Positions 18,438 to 24,229 of a stretch of 24,229 nucleotides of DNA are shown here, one piece after another. The stretch spans positions 1 through 24,229 of the forward strand of contig JAFYRQ010000027.1 of the NCBI GenBank assembly GCA_017546885.1. The letters run 5' to 3'. Source of the DNA: Alphaproteobacteria bacterium. Its GTDB lineage: Bacteria; Pseudomonadota; Alphaproteobacteria; RF32; CAG-239. Both the position numbers and the translations under genes were made by a program. The notes beneath the pieces were generated by a model that was not told the origin of the DNA, made no database searches, and was given only the letters and a program-made list of their open reading frames with translations. Each line of letters begins with the position of its first letter. The first letter of the stretch is position 1.

Positions 18438-19322
18438 ATGTGGTTTTGGAAAAAAAACATAAAACCGGAAATTCCGGCTCAAAAAGTCGATGAGAAATAT
18501 AAGGTATATTTACCAAAATTATGGCCTTATCGTTTCATCGGCAATTTGTGTCTTTTGTGGCTCATCGCTGCCGTTTCTTTTGGTATATATGTTGCAAAAA
18601 CTAATTTTGTAGAACAAAAACTCGATACATTTTCCGACTACTTTATCGATATAACCTCTAAGATTGGTTTTACCGTTGATGACGTGATTATTCAAGGGCG
18701 AGACAAGACTCCTTTGGAAGATATAAAAAACATCATAAATTTAGCCAATAACAACAATATCTTTAACATTGATATTCATCAGATAAAACAAGATATTTTG
18801 CTGCTTCCGTGGGTAAAAACGGTTGTAATTGAACGTTCATATTTTCCAAATAATATAAATATAAAAATAACCGAAAAAGAAATAAGCGCAATTTGGCAAA
18901 CAAACAACAGTTTTTATCCGGTTGACAAAGATGGTTTTGTTATAAAAACCAACCATATTCCCGTTGTTCCTACACTCATTATTACGGGTAAAGGCGCTCC
19001 TGAAAATATCAACAAGCTGTTGCCGATAATACAAGAAGACGATTCGCTTTACAAACGCATCAAGGCTGCCTCATATATTTCTGAACGACGTTGGGATATT
19101 ATTTTGGACGATATTGAAAATGGTGTGACCATAAGACTTCCGGCCGAAAAGACAAAAAATGCTTGGAAAAAATTGATAAAATTGAGCAAAACGCAAGGAC
19201 TTCTTAAGCGTAAATTAACCATCATTGATTTAAGATTCGGGAACAAAGTTGTAGTGACTCCGTTAAAGCTCTCAAAAGAAGAGCGATTGCGTCGTCGAAA
19301 CATTAAAGAACACAAACTATAA
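18438..19322 (+). CDS. ftsQ: Cell division protein FtsQ/DivIB
   Basis: Single TM segment, POTRA-like region (LPWVKTVVIERSYFPNNINIKITE), RRWDIIL, IDLR; directly upstream of ftsA. Confidence 0.92.
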   Translation: MWFWKKNIKPEIPAQKVDEKYKVYLPKLWPYRFIGNLCLLWLIAAVSFGIYVAKTNFVEQKLDTFSDYFIDITSKIGFTVDDVIIQGRDKTPLEDIKNIINLANNNNIFNIDIHQIKQDILLLPWVKTVVIERSYFPNNINIKITEKEISAIWQTNNSFYPVDKDGFVIKTNHIPVVPTLIITGKGAPENINKLLPIIQEDDSLYKRIKAASYISERRWDIILDDIENGVTIRLPAEKTKNAWKKLIKLSKTQGLLKRKLTIIDLRFGNKVVVTPLKLSKEERLRRRNIKEHKL

Positions 19323-20608
19323 TGGGTGCAAAAACAATGAATTCCTTTAGCCGACATACATTAATTGCTGCTTTAGACATAGGCTCATCTAAGGTATGTT
19401 GTGTTATTGCACGTGTGAACGGCAGAGATAAGAAAATATCTATTGTCGGATATGGCTACAATGCCGCAAAAGGAATTCAAAACGGTGTAATTACAAATTT
19501 CAATCAGGCAACCTACTCTATTTGTGATGCACTCGAAGCCGCTGAACAAATGGCAAATGAACGTGTAGAAAGAGTTATTGTCAACATATCAAGCAGCAAA
19601 ACCAAAAGTGTTATCAAACGCGCTTCGATTCCTCTTAATAAAACTAAGCCGGTTACCGAAATTGAGGCTAAAAAAGCTAAAGATAAAGCAACATACAAAT
19701 TAAACATTGAGGACAATGAACTCATCCACTGCTTAACCACAGGGTATCGTCTCGATTTTGGCGAAGAAATCAGTGATCCGCGTAATATGTACGGTGAAAA
19801 CTTATCTGCCGATGTTTTGCTCGGCATGGTTCCGGCAATTACATATCGCAACACTCAAACCGTTCTCGATAATGCACATTTAGAGATTGCCGGAAAGGTT
19901 TTATCTCCTTATGCATCGGGGCTTGCTTGTCTTGTTGAAGATGAAAAAGAGTTGGGAGCAACAATCATTGATATAGGCGGTGGCACGACCAGTATAGCTA
20001 CATTTATGCACGGTCATCCGGTGTATTTCAGTTCTATCGGTGTCGGCGGAGACAATGTAACAAAAGATATTGCTTGGGGTTTGACCACGTCTTTTGCTCA
20101 TGCCGAAAGATTGAAAACCTTACATGGTTGCGCATTCTTAAATTCTCAAGATGCAAATGAAACAATTAATGTATATCCGGTCGGCGAAGAAGACGACAGC
20201 TTGATAAAATATATACCAAAGTCAAACTTAATCGAAATCATTGCCCCTCGTGTTGAAGAGATTTTTGAACTTGTAAATCAAAAACTTGATGAAGCCGGAT
20301 TAAAAGAAGTAAACTCTCACCGCATCGTATTAACCGGAGGCGGAAGTCAATTATTGGGAATAAGAGAAGTTGCATCGCTTATCCTTGACAAACAAGTTCG
20401 TTTAGGTCGTCCGAGAAATATCGGAAACACTCTGGACATATCCGAATTTGAGGTTCTGCAATATCCGTCATTTTCAACGGTTATCGGGTTGCTTTTATTC
20501 GTCTTAAATCATCCCGAAATTAAACCTACAAAAATCATTTCTAAACCGGTTAATCCGGACGGAAGTCGCTTCAGCAAAATTCTTAGTTGGCTAAAGAATA
20601 ATTTTTAA
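19322..20608 (+). CDS. ftsA: Cell division protein FtsA
   Basis: ALDIGSSKV, IDIGGGTT, GGDNVTKDI, AERLK, VLTGGGSQL, C-terminal amphipathic helix. An alternative start is ATG 19337. Confidence 0.97.
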   Translation: MGAKTMNSFSRHTLIAALDIGSSKVCCVIARVNGRDKKISIVGYGYNAAKGIQNGVITNFNQATYSICDALEAAEQMANERVERVIVNISSSKTKSVIKRASIPLNKTKPVTEIEAKKAKDKATYKLNIEDNELIHCLTTGYRLDFGEEISDPRNMYGENLSADVLLGMVPAITYRNTQTVLDNAHLEIAGKVLSPYASGLACLVEDEKELGATIIDIGGGTTSIATFMHGHPVYFSSIGVGGDNVTKDIAWGLTTSFAHAERLKTLHGCAFLNSQDANETINVYPVGEEDDSLIKYIPKSNLIEIIAPRVEEIFELVNQKLDEAGLKEVNSHRIVLTGGGSQLLGIREVASLILDKQVRLGRPRNIGNTLDISEFEVLQYPSFSTVIGLLLFVLNHPEIKPTKIISKPVNPDGSRFSKILSWLKNNF

Positions 20609-20689
20609 TTTTAGTAACTAAACATTAATCACTTTTTCGTAGTATGAGAGCAAATATTTTTTGACCATTTAAACTTGGGAGTTAAACTT

Positions 20690-22393
20690 ATGCCCGTAAA
20701 ATTAGCAGTACCAGAAACTAATATGATAACATTAAAACCGCGTATTTCTGTTGTCGGTGTCGGTGGTGGCGGCGGAAATGCCGTTAACAATATGATTACA
20801 AAAACCTTGGAAGGTGTTGATTTTATTGTTGCCAATACAGATGCACAAGCCTTGGCAAATTCAAAATGCACACGCAGAATCCAACTCGGTGTGGAAACTA
20901 CTCGTGGTTTAGGTGCCGGCGCATGCCCTGAAGTAGGAAAAGCCGCTGCAGAAGAAGCAAGAGCAGAAATAGAGAAAGAACTCGAAGGCGCCAATATGGT
21001 ATTCATCACAGCCGGAATGGGCGGTGGTACAGGCTCAGGGGCAGCACCGGTTATTGCAAAAATTGCAAAAGAAAAAGGTATTTTGACTATCGGTGTAATT
21101 ACCAAGCCGTTTCAGTTTGAAGGTAAAAAGCGCGCGCAAATTGCCGAAAAAGCCGTTGAAGAATTTATTTCTTCCGTTGACAGCATTATCATTATCCCTA
21201 ACCAAAACCTTTTCCGCATTGCTGATAAAAACACCACTTTAGCCGATGCTTTTGTTATGGCCGATAATGTATTATATTCCGGTGTTCGCTCTATTACAGA
21301 CCTTATGACAATGCCCGGACTTATCAATTTGGACTTTGCAGATGTTAAAAACATTATGTCCGATAAAGGTAAATCAATTATGGGTACCGGCGAAGCAGAA
21401 GGTGACAATCGTGCTATCAAAGCTGCGGAAGAAGCTCTTTCCAATCCGTTGTTAGACTACAACAATATGAGCGGAGCTAAAGGTGTATTGATTAATATTA
21501 CCGGCGGTCCGGATATTACATTATTTGAAGTTGACGAAGCTGCCAACCGCATTAAAGAAGAAGTTGATGAAGAAGCAAATATCATCTTCGGTTCAAGCTT
21601 TGATGAATCATTAACCGGAAAAATCAGAGTTTCTATTGTTGCTACCGGTATCGGCGAAGCCAAAAACGTGCAAACAAAAACGGCTCCGATTACCAATTAT
21701 TTAGAAGAAAGCTACAATAGCGGTAGCTCAATTCCTAATATTCCGAGCGATGAAATTGATTCTAATTTAGCAAAATTTGCCGCAACAATCGTTCCGGAAA
21801 GCATTGAAGAAGAACCGAAAGAAGTTGTTGAAGAATCAACTTATGAAGAACCTTCTCCGATTGAAGACATAATTCCGGAAGAAGAAATCAAAGTTGCAAA
21901 TGAACCTATTGCAATTATTGACGATTTGCTCGGTGAAACGGAAGAAGAAGCTAATGACAATGGTTTTTCTTCGGTTATGAACGATATGCCTCAAGCATCT
22001 TCATTGTTCAATGCTGTTATGAACAGAACAGAACGCAATGATATTGATGCTCAACTTGAAAGTGCATTATCTTCTCAAGGTAATATTTTCAGCCCATCTA
22101 ACTCTCCTCGTTTAATGGAAGAAGAAGAACCTGAATTGTTCGCTACACCGCAAATTTTTGCAACTCCGACAAGACAAGAAAGAAATGAAGAATTAATTGT
22201 TCCCGAAGATAGAGAATACAAACCTACATTTCTTGATAGAGTAACCGGTCGTTCTATCTTGCTCAATCGTAACAAGAAAAAAGCAGAAAAAGAACAACAA
22301 CACTATCAGGAACCGGTAACTCCGAGCCTTGCATCAGGTGGTGATTATGCTGAAAACGACTTGAGCATTCCATCGTTTTTACGCAGAAAATAA
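20690..22393 (+). CDS. ftsZ: Cell division protein FtsZ with long acidic C-terminal linker
   Basis: [32 protein letters not shown], terminal [11 protein letters not shown]. Start reassigned to ATG 20690 behind GGGAG at 20677-20681. Confidence 0.98.
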   Translation: MPVKLAVPETNMITLKPRISVVGVGGGGGNAVNNMITKTLEGVDFIVANTDAQALANSKCTRRIQLGVETTRGLGAGACPEVGKAAAEEARAEIEKELEGANMVFITAGMGGGTGSGAAPVIAKIAKEKGILTIGVITKPFQFEGKKRAQIAEKAVEEFISSVDSIIIIPNQNLFRIADKNTTLADAFVMADNVLYSGVRSITDLMTMPGLINLDFADVKNIMSDKGKSIMGTGEAEGDNRAIKAAEEALSNPLLDYNNMSGAKGVLINITGGPDITLFEVDEAANRIKEEVDEEANIIFGSSFDESLTGKIRVSIVATGIGEAKNVQTKTAPITNYLEESYNSGSSIPNIPSDEIDSNLAKFAATIVPESIEEEPKEVVEESTYEEPSPIEDIIPEEEIKVANEPIAIIDDLLGETEEEANDNGFSSVMNDMPQASSLFNAVMNRTERNDIDAQLESALSSQGNIFSPSNSPRLMEEEEPELFATPQIFATPTRQERNEELIVPEDREYKPTFLDRVTGRSILLNRNKKKAEKEQQHYQEPVTPSLASGGDYAENDLSIPSFLRRK

Positions 22394-22409
22394 TTACGAT
22401 TAATAACAT

Positions 22410-22444
22410 GTAAAACCGCTCAAACGAGCGGTTTTACTTATTTC
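22410..22444 (+). terminator. Rho-independent terminator after ftsZ
   Basis: Perfect 12-bp stem GTAAAACCGCTC (22410-22421), loop AAAC, GAGCGGTTTTAC (22426-22437), followed by TTATTTC. The A/T arms could allow bidirectional use. Confidence 0.88.
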
Positions 22445-22464
22445 ATATAACATCCTTATTTTAA

Positions 22465-22493
22465 TTGCAAAAAACATTGCATAGCTGTATAAA
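22465..22493 (+). promoter_or_regulatory. Candidate sigma70 promoter for the surface-protein gene
   Basis: TTGCAA (22465-22470), 17 nt, TATAAA (22488-22493), lying between the terminator and the GGAG RBS at 22517-22520. Confidence 0.45.
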
Positions 22494-22529
22494 ATATACA
22501 TATTGAAAAACTTTACGGAGAAACATCTC

Positions 22530-24229
22530 ATGAAAAAATTTTCTTATGCGATTATGTTCGCAACTTTACCTATTTATTATGTAAACGCAGTTGAAGTTGA
22601 TACATCAGCAGAGTTTAGAAATGCCCTAACAAATGGTGACAATATCATACTCGGTGCGGATATAACCGTTAGTGATACGGAAAATGGAATTACGTGGAAT
22701 ACTCCTGTTTTCAACAGCGGCAGCAGTAACAATAACATTACCATTAACGGTAACGGCCATACGGTATATGGCGGAGATATTGAAACAAACATGTTTCGAA
22801 ATTGGAAAACCATTGATTCAATAGAAAATATAACCTTTGACGGATTTTATAATAACCCTGAAGTATCCGCAAGAGGCGATGATGAATTGGGCGCAGTCAT
22901 TATGAACGTTGGAAAAATCAATAAAATTGATGCTAATTTTTATAATAATACAGCTTATCATGGAGCTGCAATATTCAATGGTAGCGGATATGAAATCGGA
23001 AGCATAAACGGAAACTTCATAGGAAATAAAACCATAGGAGCAACATGGGAACACGGACACGAAGCTTCAGGGGCATCAATCCACAATCAAGGGATTATTA
23101 AAAATATCACCGGATACTTTAAAAATAATAACGGTTGGATGCACGGCACAATTTGGAACTATGGAACAATTGAAAATATAACTGCAACTTTCGAAGAAAA
23201 TTATCGCTCTGCAGTAGGAGGAAACGGGGGCTCTGTTACTATTACCAACTCAGAATTTATAAAAAATACAACATGGCAAGGAAGACAAGGAGAAGGACAA
23301 GCAGGTGCTGCAATTCATTCTTATGGCACAAACTTTACTATTAAAGAAACCGTATTCACGGAAAACTCTGCTTGGTGGACAGGCGGAGCGGTTTATAGTA
23401 CCAGAGGAAGCTTAGACATATCTGACAGCACATTTACAAAAAACTCCGCAGGTGAAGACGGCGGTGCTATCTATAAAACAGGTGGCACGGGAACAATTTC
23501 AAATACAACCTTTACATCAAACAGCGGAAGAAATGGTGGTGCAATTTACAACACCACAAATACAACAATAACCGACAGCAGTTTTAACAGCAATAATTCG
23601 TCTGTTAATGGTGGCGCTATATATAACGGCGGCACATTAACCATAAGTAATTCCGAAATCATCGGCAATAAAGCTTCTGCCGGCGGTGCAATTTATGCTA
23701 CGGCAAATTCTTCAAGCACATTAACTAATGTAGATATAAAAAATAATACATCGAGTAATAATCTAGCAGGAGCAGTTCACTCTTTATCAAATATATCTAT
23801 GCAAGCAGACGGAAAAAACATATCTGTCAGTGGCAATAATGCAAATACAAATCAAACTGCTATTTATATGGCAACTGCAGATACAACTTTGTACTTAAAG
23901 AACTTAAATGATGGTAACTTCATAATGGACGACAAAGTGGATGGCATTGAGTATAATATAGAAATCAGCGGTGATTCAAGCGGATACACCCGTTTCAATA
24001 ACGAAGTAAACAATCTGAAAACACTTAAAATGTCAGATGGAGGACAGCTATTTGTTGCTAAAGACAATGTTTTTGAAATGAAATCATATATAGCTTCAGC
24101 TACAAACGGAAATATTCCTACCCTATTAATGGATATTGAGCTCAATACCGACGGAACATTAAATAATGGACTTTTCAATATAGAAGGCGACATAAAAGGA
24201 ACAACGAATATTATCCTCAATTCATTAAA
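22530..24229 (+). CDS. 3'-truncated Pmp-like beta-helical surface protein, probable autotransporter passenger
   Basis: Manual translation is open from ATG 22530 to the window end (566 full codons). Signal peptide MKKFSYAIMFATLPIYYVNA, repeated FxxN and GGA(I/V) motifs, N/G/T/S-rich. Absent from the ORF track, presumably because no stop lies in the window. The beta-barrel is not visible. Confidence 0.85.
   Translation, partial: MKKFSYAIMFATLPIYYVNAVEVDTSAEFRNALTNGDNIILGADITVSDTENGITWNTPVFNSGSSNNNITINGNGHTVYGGDIETNMFRNWKTIDSIENITFDGFYNNPEVSARGDDELGAVIMNVGKINKIDANFYNNTAYHGAAIFNGSGYEIGSINGNFIGNKTIGATWEHGHEASGASIHNQGIIKNITGYFKNNNGWMHGTIWNYGTIENITATFEENYRSAVGGNGGSVTITNSEFIKNTTWQGRQGEGQAGAAIHSYGTNFTIKETVFTENSAWWTGGAVYSTRGSLDISDSTFTKNSAGEDGGAIYKTGGTGTISNTTFTSNSGRNGGAIYNTTNTTITDSSFNSNNSSVNGGAIYNGGTLTISNSEIIGNKASAGGAIYATANSSSTLTNVDIKNNTSSNNLAGAVHSLSNISMQADGKNISVSGNNANTNQTAIYMATADTTLYLKNLNDGNFIMDDKVDGIEYNIEISGDSSGYTRFNNEVNNLKTLKMSDGGQLFVAKDNVFEMKSYIASATNGNIPTLLMDIELNTDGTLNNGLFNIEGDIKGTTNIILNSL
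22938..23783 (+). repeat. Protein-level FxxN / GGA(I/V) beta-helix repeats
   Basis: Nine FxxN motifs (FYNN, FIGN, FKNN, FEEN, FIKN, FTEN, FTKN, FTSN, FNSN) and five GGA(I/V)Y motifs, plus degenerate GAAI/GASI/AGAV copies. Confidence 0.85.

Noticed and set aside
20661-20666. TTGACC as a -35 for ftsZ
   Set aside because: The matching -10 position falls beyond the RBS and does not resemble TATAAT.
20629-21696. Minus-strand ORFs of 158, 110 and 79 aa
   Set aside because: Antisense shadows of the conserved ftsZ GTPase domain, with no independent motifs.
22464-22483. TGCA-N8-TGCA element resembling an alphaproteobacterial Mur/manganese box
   Set aside because: Spacing is 8 rather than the 7 I recall, and the first half is explained by the -35 hexamer.

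Overview
AT-rich (mid-30s % GC by spot checks), densely packed chromosomal segment, most likely from an alphaproteobacterium. That taxonomy is inferred from an FzlA homologue, a long-linker FtsZ and the murG-murB-ftsQ-ftsA-ftsZ order. Left to right: (i) an unexplained module of a truncated hypothetical gene, two tandem paralogous membrane proteins (the second with a charged disordered linker and a NERD-like fold lacking the catalytic ExK) and a VirD4/TraG-type coupling ATPase, with no virB, relaxase or integrase gene in the window; (ii) a BigR/SqrR/HlyU-like ArsR regulator, xseB-ispA, an orphan solute-binding protein, fzlA and a lipoprotein; (iii) a complete three-gene RND efflux operon on the minus strand; (iv) a division/cell-wall cluster mraY-ftsW-murG-murB-ftsQ-ftsA-ftsZ lacking every amino-acid ligase gene, with tight junctions at the murD, murC and ddl positions; (v) a strong terminator and a Pmp-like FxxN/GGAI repeat surface protein that runs off the window and is missing from the ORF track. 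No RNA genes, CRISPR arrays or transposases were recognised. Family assignments come from motifs recalled from memory, not from database searches.
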